NCBI RefSeq assembly: GCF_001447785.1
Contig: NW_015164218.1
Span: forward strand, 248,001-312,000
Length of the DNA stretch: 64,000 nt
Direction: 5' to 3'
Origin: Gekko japonicus
Lineage: Eukaryota
The notes under the pieces are model-generated. The model made no database searches and was not told where the DNA came from. It worked only from the letters and a program-made list of their open reading frames with translations. The position numbers and the translations under genes are program-made. Each line of letters opens with the position of its first letter. The first letter of the stretch is position 1. Positions 36,801-48,083 of this stretch are shown piece by piece.

Positions 36801-39800
36801 GCTCAATTCATGATGAAATCCTAGCTGGGGGGAACTAGGCAGTGAGCCACAGAAGGTCTATTGATCCCACTCTTCCTTCACGGAGCTCAGAACAGCATAC
36901 ATGGTTTTCCCATCCCCAATTTATCCTCACAACAACAACCCTGTGAGGTGGGTAAGGCTGAGACTGTGACTGACCCAAGGTCACCCATGGCAGAGCATGG
37001 ATTTGAACTTGGCTCTCCCAGATCTTAGTATGATACCCTAACCACTGCACGATACTGGCTCCCTAAAGGGATGAAGAGAGGACAAGGGTTGCCAAGTCCC
37101 CCCGGGGGGTGGGGAAACCCTGCCCGAAGGACTCGTTCCCCGCCGGCGGGGATTGAGCCGCCGGGGGGGACCCCATCCCCAAAGCGTGTGACGTTGTCTG
37201 CCCCCAACTCCCCCCCCTATTACAAAGGTAGGATTTGGCAACCCTAGAGAGGAGGGAGAAAAGAGTGCATCACAAAATTATGAACAGGTCCTTAGGTAGG
37301 TTATCCAATCTCCAGGTGGCACCTGGAGATCTCCTTCTATTACAACTGATCTCCAGGAAATAATGATCAGTTCCTCTGGAGAAAATGGCTGATTTGGAGG
37401 GAGGACTCTATGACATTATACACTGTTGAGGTCCCTCCCCCTCCCCAAACCCTGCCCTCCCCAGGCTCCACCCCCCAAATCTCCAGGTATTTCCCAACCC
37501 AGAGCTGGTAACCCTATCCTTAGGGTTAGAGGTTGGCCCCTGGACCAAAGGGCCGAAAACCCTGAAGTACAAAAAGGAAATGGTGGCAGTAGCTTTAGAT
37601 GCAATCTCAGTTTTGGCCACAAGAGGGCCTGCATCCAAAAAGCTTACCTAACACACTGGATTCCATGATCTGCTGCAATGGGAGCAGTGGGGTTGCTGGT
37701 GGGGCCTGATCCAAACCAGATGGAGGCAGGCCTACACAGGAAGCTGTGTTATCTGCTGCTTGCACTGAACAGAGAACAGGAAAAAAAGACAACAGAGTAC
37801 TTGAGAACTACACTGATCTACAGGGCTGGAGAAAAATGCCTGTATTAAATGTCAATTTAATAAAGGCATCATGAGATGTTATTTACCTCTATGCTGTGAA
37901 AATCTTCCACTGTCCATTTTCATGCAATAAACCTCTATTCAAGGGACAGGGCATTTTTCTCCAGGCCTGCTGGCCACCCAAACAGGCTGTCCCTATTCCC
38001 TCCATTGTTCTCTATGGTGGGAAGAAAAAGTAACTATGGTGGGGGGGAAAGGGAATATTGTGGAAGTTACTTTTATCCCACCACAGAGAACAATGGAGGT
38101 GATAGGGGCAACCTGTTTGGGGACCCATAGAACTGGACCTCCTGGTTCAATGTTCTTGAAACATGGTGGGTATCTTGGGGAGAGGCCCCAGCAGCTACCC
38201 TGTGAGTTTGTAGCCTCTCCCTCAAACCCCTCCCCTCCAGCCCCCAGAATATACCCTATGTTTTCGCCATTGACTTCAAGGCCCATAGGATATAATGGGG
38301 CAAAAATTGACATTCGGCTGGCTGAAAGACTCTCCAATGAGCTCCTACTGCCGAAATTGACATGCAGAAGTCTTTCTGCCATTGATTCTGTCCGACTCTG
38401 CCAAATCCGAATCGGGCCAATTTTTTTTTTTTTTGCACACCCCTACTAAAGATGGCTCCTGGGCCTGGAATACTGAAGACCACTTACTCTAGAGGGAGAA
38501 AGGGGTGGCAGAATGATTGAACACAGTAGGGGTGTGTGAGATATATCCTCCAGATTCAAGAAGCCTACCAAAATTATTGGCGCAAAAGGCTGGTTCCAAC
38601 GGTATCATTGGGACTGTCAGCGGAGTCAGATCCAAACCAGATGGGGACAGGGCGGCATAGTAAGCTGGGTTTTCTGCTCCTGGCACAGAATATGGAACAT
38701 TGTGGAAGAAAGAAAGACAACAGAACGCTTGAGAACTGACAAACGCAAGAGTTCGGGAATTAAAGAGTGACCTAGCACATGAACCATGGATCGTGCTGAA
38801 GAAGAGGTTTCCTAGATTCCTTTGGAGGACATGGAACATGGGGTGGAGTGGGGGTCTGGGGTGCGGGGTTCTTCTTGCCAGTCCTTCCCACCAAACCCTT
38901 GCTGCCTTCGCGGTTTGGTTGTTGGTAGCACGTTTTCTAACAGATCTCTGTACGGTCAGAAAAGTGTGAGCAGCCCTGGACTCCTCTCTGTTGAGTGAAT
39001 GAATTTTTAGTGATTGTTATGAACATTGGGTGTCCCATTCTGAAGCCTAGGTTTAACGGCTCCCTCCCCGTTTAATTTTTGTTCCTGTTTAGAAGAGCTG
39101 GATACTTCTGGCAAATGGAGAAATTATCATGTGGTTTTTGTTAAGAAGGAAGCCTTTGCTTGTCAATTTGAAAAGGTCAACCTTGTTAAATCGTTATTTT
39201 GTTAGTTTGGAGATAACAGTGTAATTGGCAAGCAAAAGCCAGGTTCCACACAATGGTGGAGGGTGGGTCTCTAGCAGCTGAAACTGGCTTCGGTATGGTT
39301 TCTACTTCCGCATTGTCATTTTTGTCACTCGTTTGTCCCTATTGCTTCAGGGTTTCTTCCACCACCACCCCAAAATGTGTTTTGTCCTCTCTAGCAGTGT
39401 TTCCTCTAAGCTGAGTTAGTGTGAGCTAGCTCATAGTTTTTTAGCCTCCGGATGACTCCAGAGCAAACTAATTTGTGCAGCGGCCAAATCGCTCGGCCAC
39501 AACTTTAATGCCAGCAGCTCACGAGGTAGGATTTTTGCTGCACAAGACTTAGAGGGAACAGTCCCAGAGGGAGCAAAACACATGTGGAGAAGGGATGGGA
39601 AACCCAAAGCAACAGGGACAAATGAGTGACAAAAATGTCAATGCGGAAGTGCCCTTTGTTTGTCAAGACTGAAAGTTTCTTCATTCCTGTGTGGAAGATT
39701 TTTGCCTGAAGGAAAACCTTTCTTTTAGGGGAAAGTGTAGGTAAGCCTATCAAGGGCCCCGGTCACATGGACCGGATATCGCGCGGGGGGGAGGCGTGGC

Positions 39801-42800
39801 TAATTGCCCCGGCGATCACACGACAATTCTGCAGCATGGCGAAGAAGCGGCATGGCATGATCACACCAGCAATGGCTAGGGGCCGCTGCCGTGACAAACG
39901 GGGTCATTTATTTTTTCTAAGCCGAAACGGCACTTTCGCTTTCCTCTTTGTGCGCATGCGCCGTTGGGTGCTTGTGCGCATCTTGTGGAGACGTGGGGGG
40001 GAAAAACCTGTTTGCGAAGGGACATGGGCGGGCGCCGGATGCCACCACCGGAAACGCGATCAGACGCCAGCCCTTGCCCCGTGGTTTCCGGAAACTAGTA
40101 CCTCAGGGGTACTAGTTTTTAACTCCGCATCTTCGGCGGGAAGCCTCGGGTTCGCCACGGGAGCTCAACGCTTCCCAGAAGTTGCGGTGTGATCGCGCCC
40201 GGAAAATCTACCTATCTTCCGTCTCTGTAGCGTGGCTAATGCTCCATGTGACCGCAGCCTAGGTGTCTTTTTTTGTTTTGTATTTGTGTTGGGAGTCTTG
40301 TGTGGAGTACTGACATTTCTTCCATTTGTCAAACAAATCTTTCCTGTTCTCTCTCCTAAGGAAAGTTGTGGATATTTGGCGTATACCCTGGGTCCTGGAG
40401 TGTGGCTAAGCTTCCTGGGCTGGTCTTAAAGGTGCCACTGGACTCAAACATTGTTCTGCTACTTCAGACCAACAGGGCTACCCACTTGAATCTATTGCAG
40501 GAGAGAGAAAGACAACATAAATGTTTGGGGAGCAACATAATGCAGAGCTCTGTACCTGGGGGCCTTTAGCACACAGCAGTTTTGGATTCCTTGGGGAAAG
40601 AAGAGTGATCTAGTCAGGGGTCATTTTGTAGAAAAAGAGGTGCAGGAGCTCATTAGCACAACGCATTAGCATAACTTATTTGCATACGCCACACCCCCTG
40701 ACATCACCGGAAGTGTGTCAGAAGGCAACACCCACCGCTCAGGCGCCACTGGACTGCTTTGGATTGCTAGCTATTGGGGGGGGGGGCGAGAACGTGCAGA
40801 TCTGTCCTCACAGAGGAAGGAGAGCTTGTACCTGAATAAAACTTGGTCTTAAAGGTGTCACTGGACTGCTTTGGGCCGGGGGGAGCTCTGCAACTTACCT
40901 GGCTGCTTCTTGCTCTGACTGAGGGCTGCTGGGAGCAGGGTGTGTGGCTTGTTGCATGTGCCCACCCCCTGGGCTCTTTACTGCCAGAGCTCCGCTCCTG
41001 TGCGCTCCTGCAGGAAATGACCCCTGGATCTAGTGCACTGGGGCAGGCGGCACTAAAGATCAAGACTCTGGGATCCCCTTGGAGGGCAAAGAATACAATG
41101 GGGGTGGAATGCAGGACTCCCCCCACTTGGCAGTTTGACGGAAAGACTCTAGGGGGTGGGAGGATGTCAGAATGTCCAGATTCAGGTGGGAAGCCATGTT
41201 GGTCTGAAGCAACGGAACAAAGTATGAGCCCAGTGGCACCTTCGAGACAAACAAAGTTTAATTCTGGGTATAAGCTTTTATGTGCACGCGCAGTTCGTGC
41301 AGGTATCTGAAGAAGTGTGCACGCACACAGAAGCCTATACCCAGAATTAAACTTTTGTTGTTCTTAAAAATGCCACCGGACGCAAACTTTGGTAGACTGT
41401 ACAGATGTTACTCCTTGCTGCACCATTCATGCCCAACTTCTCTCCCGACGGGGGTCCGTTTCTTGTGCTTCCTAATGCACAGAGTCTGGTCCCTGAAGCA
41501 GGACTTCTGTCCCATTTACAGTGCAGTGAGCAGAGCTCCACTATAGCTTTGGAATGGTGTGCCTCTGCTTTGCGGTGCAGTGCTAAGACTTCCAGACCAC
41601 ACACACACTTTCCTAAGAGTAAGGAGACCTGTCCAAAAATGTACATGTTGCCTCATGCAGATTTCTTATAGCTGCCTTCCTCCAACCATCTTCTCCATCC
41701 GTAGGTGACCAACCAACCATTCCTTCCACTACAGCACTTGCACCCCCCCCAAAACATTACAAAAAGCTTCAGGCACAAGATGTTGATGGAAAAACAGTAC
41801 ATCTGCATGCATTACTATTTATTTATTTATTTACAGTTTGGTGTAGTGGTTAGGTGTACGGACTCTAATCTGGGAGAACCGGGTTTGATTCCCCACTCCT
41901 CCACATGTGGCTGCTGGTGTGACCTTGGGTTAGTGACAAGTTCTCTCAAAGTTGTTCTCTCATGAGCAGTTCTCTCAGAGCTCTCTCAGCCTCACCTACC
42001 TCACAGGATGTCTGTTGTGGGGAGGGGGAGGAGATTGTAAGCCGCTCTGAGACTCCTTCGGGTAGTGAAGGGCGGGGTATAAATCCAATCTCTTCTTCTT
42101 CTACTACTTTGTACACTGCCTTTCTTCCCAACAGGGATGCGAAGTGGCTTACATCATTCCCCTCTCCTCCATTTTAACCTCACAACAACCCAGTGAAGTA
42201 GGTTTAGGCTGAAAGAAAGTAACTGGTTGAAAGTCATCCTAGTGAGCTTCCGTGGTAGAGTGAAGATTTGAACCTGGGTCTACAAGATCCTAGTCTGACA
42301 CTCTAACCACTATGCCACACCATCAGATCTTGGAGGTGGCATGCAAGACACTTTTCACTGACTTCTTTTGGCCCCTAATTTCTCCAGCATCCTACCCAAC
42401 CTTCTACCAGACCCCACATTGCTCACCTTGTTCAGAACCGGAGAGGTCCAGGGACTTCAGCACATTCTCTAGTAAGTCATCCTGAAGAAAAGGATGGAGA
42501 CGGCTCAAAGTCCTTCATTCTTTCCCCCTTCCTCCCCCCCACTTATTCCTCCCCTTTGAGCTCCTCTTATTCATCGTTTTATTTGTATTTCACAATTCCC
42601 TGGTTGGTTGGAGGGAGGAGGGGGAGAGAGAAAGAGAGAGACTGACCTGGCAAGAAGGTGAACTGTCTCCACATGCCCCCAGGTTTTCATGCACTTCATC
42701 AGCCACTGGCTGCGCATAGTCATTTGGACCTATGAGAGAAAATAATACATAAACAGTGATGCTTTCCATCTCACCTACAGCATTTGTTCCTCCGTCTGGA

Positions 42801-44326
42801 TTCCCATCAGAAACCCTTTTCCAGATATCTGGCCAGACTGTTCTTACCGACAGGATGCTGGATTTCAAACACTTTGTGAGGGTCTTCCGAATCTGTGCTG
42901 TTATCAGTTATCAGTTTGATCTCTGGCTTTCGGTTCAGGGCAGAGCGGAAGTTTCTTTTCCAGTCCGAAGGGGTCCGGGGATCAGTCCTTGGATCGAAGC
43001 GGCCGCTGGCAATGGCCCAAGCCTAGAGCAAGAAGAGGAACTTTTTTCAAGTCTATAAACAAATTCACGAAGGATAAATCTATCAATGGCTATTAGCTGT
43101 GATGCTAAATGGAGCCTCCATGTTCAGAGGCAGTAGCCTGATAAACACTCATTCTGGGAACAGTAATAAAGGAAACTTTGCACTTTATGCCCTGCTTGTA
43201 GACCTTGCTAGGGGCATCTCGTTGGCCACTATGTGAAACAGGATGCTAGACCAGATGGACCATTAGTCTTATCCAACATGGCTGCTCTTAAATCCTGCCC
43301 ACCCCTTTTCATCAGTAGCCAATCAGAAGCCTTTGAAATCTCAGAAGCAGAGCACGAAAACAATCTCCTTGTCCTACTGTTTGTCACCAGCACCAGATAC
43401 TGAGATGTTCTGTCTCTGAGCATGGAAGTTGTTCAGCTATCACAATCACTGTCGACAGAACTGTTCCCCATGAATTTGTCTATTTCAGTTCTTTTTGGAA
43501 AAAGTCATCTTAACTAGCAGCTGTCATTACATCTTGCTGCAGTATATTCCGGAAGTTCATAGTTACCGATTTGGGATGCCTTCAACTAAACTTCTAATTT
43601 GCTGTGACAGCCAAGGAAAGGAGTTTGGTTCCATCCCATAGACCAGTATTCAAAACCAACCTTCATCTGTGCCTATCCTGTAAGACAGGGGTCCACAATG
43701 TGGCACCCATGGGAGCCCACAAAGTGTTTCTAGCAAGTCGGCGGGGCTAGGTAGAGCTCTTGCCCGGCAGCACTTCTGATTGGCTACAGGAGGTCTTGAT
43801 TGGCTGTGCAGATTAAAATATCATTTCCATGGCAACAGCCACACTAGTGTTGGTTTTATTCTCTCTCTCAATACTTTTAAAAAATATATATTTTATTGAT
43901 TAACCAAAACAAAATATACAATATTCTAATATACATAATATAAAAACTTAAAATTGAGAAGTTAAAATTGAGAATACATTATTAAATAAAGCTGGCTTTA
44001 CAGATTTCAACAGATTACGTGCACCACTTTGAACACTTGCTAGGCATTATTTTTTTAACAGCAGTTTAACAGTGGAAGATCACTGGAGGTAAACATAATT
44101 TTGTATGTGGTTCGTAAAAGAGTAGGGACACATCCACACTCCACACAGGCAACAGTTTTACCTCAAAAAGCTGGAAATCTTCTGGGATGGTACTGTGCCG
44201 AGACCCATGCTTCCACGGTATTCGGAACCTGGTCCGTTCCGGGTTCAGCCATGACACCCCTGGAAATCGCTGGGCATCCAGCTGTTCCAGCAGCCAGGGC
44301 ACAATGAGGGGCCTTTGGGCCCCCAT
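30642..44326 (-). CDS. IRF3: Interferon regulatory factor 3, spliced CDS: complement(join(30642-30812,33963-34087,35828-36196,37648-37764,38569-38679,42427-42481,42647-42729,42848-43022,44162-44326)), 1371 nt, 456 aa
   Basis: Five-tryptophan IRF DNA-binding domain ([17 protein letters not shown]...[18 protein letters not shown]...[12 protein letters not shown]...DPHKVFE); NES-like [13 protein letters not shown]; IAD ([10 protein letters not shown]...RLGRCHVFW; [15 protein letters not shown]); C-terminal GASSL and pLxIS motif DLRIS. Convergent with SCAF1 as in mammals. All introns GT-AG with consistent phases. Confidence 0.93.
31084..31427 (-). mobile_element. Sauria SINE, full length
   Basis: (ACCTTT)n tail, body gtggtcatgtggccagcatgactaaac...ttaccttcccaccgaagtggtacctatttatctac, tRNA head; 12-bp TSD GCTGTWACCGTA (31072-31083, 31428-31439). 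Confidence 0.9.
33963..34087 (-). CDS. IRF3: IRF3 coding exon 8 ([26 protein letters not shown]...KKLIMVQ)
   Basis: Conserved IRF3 peptide; acceptor actccag, donor gtacgt. Confidence 0.95.
34440..34786 (+). mobile_element. CR1 LINE 3' end
   Basis: [37 protein letters not shown] is the CR1 ORF2 C-terminus; tail cttatgttctta. Confidence 0.88.
34850..35148. mobile_element. Penelope-like inverted repeat (127-bp arms)
   Basis: 34878-35004 is the reverse complement of 35022-35148; contains gaaacgtcagg and tacggccatacagcc motifs I recognise from squamate Penelope-like termini. Confidence 0.72.
35828..36196 (-). CDS. IRF3: IRF3 coding exon 7 (IRF association domain)
   Basis: [16 protein letters not shown]...[12 protein letters not shown]...YSLQQFVQ; acceptor ttcttcag, donor gtgtgg. 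Confidence 0.95.
37648..37764 (-). CDS. IRF3: IRF3 coding exon 6 (linker, phase 1-1)
   Basis: Strong acceptor ttttttcctgttctctgttcag, donor gtaagc; [23 protein letters not shown]...[11 protein letters not shown]. Confidence 0.78.
37990..38445. mobile_element. Truncated copy of the TAGGGGTGTGCA hAT-like family
   Basis: Ends tgcacaccccta; interior matches the reverse complement of 12150-12360. Confidence 0.6.
38569..38679 (-). CDS. IRF3: IRF3 coding exon 5 (linker, phase 1-1)
   Basis: Acceptor tgtgccag, donor gtaggc, open frame [19 protein letters not shown]...; paralogous to the next exon. Confidence 0.62.
39395..39561. mobile_element. hAT MITE, second internally deleted copy of the 15722-15927 family
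   Basis: cagtgtttcctctaagctgagttagtgtgagctagctca...cttagagggaaca. Confidence 0.75.
39755..40259. mobile_element. PIF/Harbinger-like non-autonomous DNA element
   Basis: TIR ggccccggtcacatgg...ccatgtgaccgcagcc; CpG-rich; shares ggatatcgcgcgggggg(g)aggcgtggctaattgcccc with 61921-62285. Confidence 0.65.
40615..41026. mobile_element. hAT-type MITE (copy B, inverted relative to 433-836)
   Basis: TIR CAGGGGTCATTT...AAATGACCCCTG; perfect 8-bp TSD GATCTAGT (40607-40614, 41027-41034); near-identical to the reverse complement of 433-836. Confidence 0.9.
41180..41390. mobile_element. Short palindromic Penelope-like element with minimal hammerhead-like motif
   Basis: Inverted arms (aaagtttaattctgggtata / tatacccagaattaaacttt) around ggtatCTGAAGAagtgtgc..gcacac; related fragments at about 8335-8460, 15500-15640, 40420-40495 and 49480-49535. 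Confidence 0.65.
41834..42107 (+). mobile_element. tRNA-derived SINE with (TTC)n tail
   Basis: A-box tggtgtagtggt, B-box ggtttgattcc; near-identical shorter copy at about 13205-13422. Confidence 0.8.
42427..42481 (-). CDS. IRF3: IRF3 coding exon 4 ([18 protein letters not shown]; NES-like)
   Basis: Acceptor ttttcttcag, donor gtgagc; resembles human EDILDELLGNMVL export signal. Confidence 0.82.
42647..42729 (-). CDS. IRF3: IRF3 coding exon 3 ([12 protein letters not shown]...SPSCQ)
   Basis: Acceptor ctctcatag, donor gtcagt, phase 1 to 0. Confidence 0.8.
42848..43022 (-). CDS. IRF3: IRF3 coding exon 2 (DBD C-half)
   Basis: [14 protein letters not shown]...[12 protein letters not shown]...DPHKVFEI; acceptor ctctag, donor gtaaga. 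Confidence 0.95.
44162..44326 (-). CDS. IRF3: IRF3 coding exon 1 (DBD N-half, 55 aa)
   Basis: ATG at 44326; donor gtaaaa; upstream tandem cagcag acceptor at 44383-44388. Confidence 0.95.
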
Positions 44327-44829
44327 GGGAGATGTTGGACGTGGGGCCCAGGTGGAGAGCAAACAAGGTGTCACAGTGTAATCTGCTGGGGAGAGAGAAG
44401 GAATGAAATAATCTGGGTGTGTACACATTTAGATACACACCAGATTACAAAAACCTGGCTTGGCAGCAATCACACCCACCGTTTTCTGATCCTTTTTAAC
44501 GGGCTTCCCCCCACCTTCGCAAAACACATTCACACCTTCTAACCTGTCGCCCTCATAATAGCCCTGGATTATAATCTATCTGCCCCTTTTACAACTGGTC
44601 AGGGCTAAACGGAGGCCGGGGAGACAAACACATGTCCCAGAGGTAGGGTTGCCAAATCCAGGTTTGGAAACTCCTGAAGATTTGGGGATGGAATTCAGTG
44701 GGGTAAAATGCCATAGAGTCCACCCTCCAAAGAATCTATTTTCCCCAAGGGAGCTGATCGCTTTAGTCTGGAGATAAACTGTAATTCCAGGGGATCCCCA
44801 GGTCCCACCTGGAGGCTGGCATCCCTACA

Positions 44830-45440
44830 CAGAGGCGTCCCCCGGGAGGGGTATCCAGAGCTGGCTGTGCGTCCAAAGTCCAAAGCCGGCCAACTGAGAC
44901 CTTGGAGAACTCAGGGGGGCTGCGGAAACGGTTGCGAAACCGGTTTGAATCCTCGCCTCCTCGAAATCTGGAAGGGCCGCGTCTCTCTTCCTGCTTCCTC
45001 CCCCTGTATGCCTGACTCTCTTCGTCACCGCATGCTCCCCCACCCCGAGGCAAGACCCACCTGGCCAGGGCACCGCTTTTTCCTCCTCTCTAAGGTGCAC
45101 CAAAACAGGAGACTTCCTCGGCCTCCTAANNNNNNNNNNNNNNNNNNNNNNNNNNNNNNNNNNNNNNNNNNNNNNNNNNNNNAGCCGCTTCTGCAATCCG
45201 AACTCCTGGCTGGCGTGGCTCTGTTGGTGGAGGAGGGAAATTTCCTCGAAGGCAGGGAGGGGGCAGTTTCTTTAGCAAGAGACGGTTTTAAAAGCGAGAA
45301 GGATCATACTTTTCATTAGGATGACTGACTCGCGGCGTTACGAAATAGTGAGCGAGCTTCGGGGTTCTTCTGCAGAACTCATTGGTCAGGCTGGAGGTGA
45401 AGCCAAACAAAATGATGCGGGGGCGGAGGAAAATGTTCGC
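44830..45440 (-). promoter_or_regulatory. Probable IRF3 promoter and non-coding exon 1 (CpG-rich, interrupted by gap)
   Basis: CpG-rich patch 0.5-1.1 kb upstream of the first coding exon; candidate minus-strand donor cag|gtgggt at 45060; kB motif GGGAAATTTCC at 45235-45245; GC box ggggcggag near 45420. Confidence 0.6.
45130..45182. other. Assembly gap (53 N)
   Basis: Run of n bases. Confidence 1.
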
Positions 45441-45524
45441 TCAGCCTCATGGTGAAAGCTCTCCTTTTGGACTAGGAGCTGGGAGTCCCAGGTTCGAATC
45501 CCCACTGCACATGGAAACACAGTC

Positions 45525-45712
45525 TAGGGTTGCCAGATCTAGGTTGGGAAATTCCTGGAGATTGGGGGTGGAGCCTGGGGGGACACAGGGATCTCAGTGG
45601 GGTACAATACCTTAGAGTCCACCCTCCAAAGTATTCATTTTCTCTAGGGGAACTGATCTCTCTAGTCTGGAGATGAATTCCGGGGGATCCCACCTGGAGG
45701 CTGGCATCCCTA
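45525..45712. mobile_element. TAGGGTTGCCA-family MITE nested in a SINE upstream of IRF3
   Basis: tagggttgccag...ctggcatcccta termini; internal sequence shared with 44644-44826. Confidence 0.7.
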
Positions 45713-47249
45713 GAGCTCACTAGGAAATCTTGGGCCAGTCAGTCTTTTTCAGCCTTTTTATCACGGGGCTGTTGGTTGTGAGGATAACATGGAGGGGAGG
45801 AGAACAAGGTTGTACATTGCTGAGAGTCCCCGTTGGAGGCGGGGTATAAATGTCTAAGATAAACAAAGGCATTAAAATAAGAGGGAGAGGAGGAAGTGTC
45901 CTGCAGAATTAATTAACCTGAGATGTTCTTTGCGCCTAGAATAGACGGCTTAATGTAATTAAGTCTGTATAACACTTCCTGTGCTCTCTCTGAAGGCTGT
46001 ACAGAGTGGCAGACAGAACAGCTGCTCTGTCGCATCTGTGATGGATTTCCCCCCTCCTCTGCCCGCCCCCCCTTTAACATCGAGCCAGGGGGAACTCCAA
46101 AGCTTGAGCACTAAAGTGTGATGCTTTTGAAAGGCGCTAATCAAAGTATTACTTGTGCTTTGGGATTTAGAAAAAAGGGGGGGGGAGTTTCTGAGGAAAC
46201 AAGAAGTAGACAGTGGTGTAGGTTTGCTTGCTGGAAGACAGCTGCATTTCGTGTTTCTGAGCCTGGCTTTTGTCCAAAATGAACAGGAGTGGGCATCTTA
46301 GAGGGTGACTTTGGACTAGAATCTGGGGGTGGGGGTGGGTGAAGTCCAGTGTTCTGTCTCCTGTGCGCAGAGTGGCCACTCATTGGACGATTCTGCATCT
46401 AACATCCGCTCCACAGTTTCTCATCTGGGAGGGAAAGATGCAGCTCAAAACCACATTCAGATACCTCAGGGCAACACTGTACTGACTGCAAAGTCACCCC
46501 TGAATGTCCGTAAATCTATGCAGAAAGTACCATAAAATCCGATGATCAAAGAAATGGAAAGCGGCATGGAGTGCGGAGGATACCATAAAATCTGATGATC
46601 AAAGGAGGTGAAAGCAGCGTGCAATGCAGAGGGGAATTTCTGTTCCAAGGTGGGTTTTGTAAAACAACGGAGGGAAAAGCCAATGCAGAATCGCCCCATT
46701 AACACAGGAAGCCCCACTCAGCAGCAGTCTGGAGCCGTGCAGAATCTCCCACTGCCCACTTTAAGATTACAGCGGTTATATTCTGCTCAGGGCGTGAACT
46801 GCTCCACTCAGTGGGGGGGGATTAGAGGGAACATTACAGCTGATTTATGGTTCAGAAACATACTTGGGTAAAGGGTTAGGGATTGTGTGGACTAGACTAC
46901 TGTGTATAGTTCATGCTGTCTGTTCTTGTAAGCAGGTTCCAACTGTGTGATTTCTCCATCATTTGACACGCCGTGTTGATGCTTATGGTTTGTGTCGGTT
47001 CTGTGCAGATTTCTGCTGGGTTCCAGATTTCTACAGCCCAAATCCTATTGCATTGTTTATTGGACATCCTGTCCTGTTGACTGTATTAACTTACATTGTG
47101 TCATCCACCCTAAATCCCAGTGAGGAAGGCGACTGTGCATGTGCATACCATGTCCTTGTTCAGACACAGCAGGTGCCTGGCTATCCGTCTCTTCCTCCAA
47201 GGAGTCATTCCAGTATTCATTTTTGGAATTTGTAAGTATGTTCCCCCAA

Positions 47250-47922
47250 GGGTGCATTCAGACGGGGTATTTCAGCCGGCATAAACTGTACCGGTTGGAA
47301 CCATTGCAGTTTATGCCGGCTGAAACGCAATCACACTTACCTCCTGACTGCGGAGCCCATTGCTGTATGCCCGTTCACACACAGTGGGCGTCGGCGGTTT
47401 TTTTTAAACTCAGTTTGCGCATGCGCATAGGCAGCCATCCACAGAATGGCGATCTTTGCGCATGCACAATACACCCCTCCCGAAAAGCATGCCCTGAAGA
47501 GAGGACTTACCTTTAAAGTTTAAAGAGCAAACTGGCCTCCCTGAGGTCCCGGACTCCTCTGAAACGTTAAACTAAGGACCTTTTCTTTTTTGTTTAAACA
47601 AACGCCGGGGCGAAGCTTCGCCCAAGCGCATATCGCCGAAGCCAAAAAAAAAAAAAAAAAGCGGGTGAAAATCGGAAGCCCCGGGCTTCCGAACAGAAGT
47701 GGCTCTACAACAGTGGAGAGCGATCAGATGGGGGGGGGGGGAAGCGATTACAACCGTCGCACTTGATACCACCACTTGGGGACCTAGTGGCAGAATACAA
47801 CGGTTTAAATTTCTTTGCAACGGTTAGAGATGGAAGGCAGATGTTCGCCGTGTGAATGCCAGTAAGTACACCGATTCCAACCGGCACCTATACCGTAGCA
47901 AATGCCCCGTCTGAACGCACCC
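47250..47922. mobile_element. PIF/Harbinger-like non-autonomous DNA element (673 bp)
   Basis: 23-bp TIR GGGTGCATTCAGACGGGGTATTT / AAATGCCCCGTCTGAACGCACCC; 3-bp TSD CAA; CpG retained. Confidence 0.82.
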
Positions 47923-48047
47923 CAAGTGTCTTAAAAGAGAATTCATGACAGGATGAAGGGACTACTTTTCCTGTTTCTAAGAGATAACAGTAGAGGGTGC
48001 TAATGTCCAATATTTCCTGGTAGCTTTTATGATTTGTTTGTTTGATT

Positions 48048-48083
<36 letters not shown>

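Noticed and set aside
41834-41900. tRNA gene
   Set aside because: A/B boxes present but no cloverleaf, and it continues into a SINE body repeated elsewhere
30642-44326. IRF7 assignment
   Set aside because: Short N-terminus with x[22 protein letters not shown] and adjacency to SCAF1 favour IRF3 (IRF7 neighbours PHRF1)
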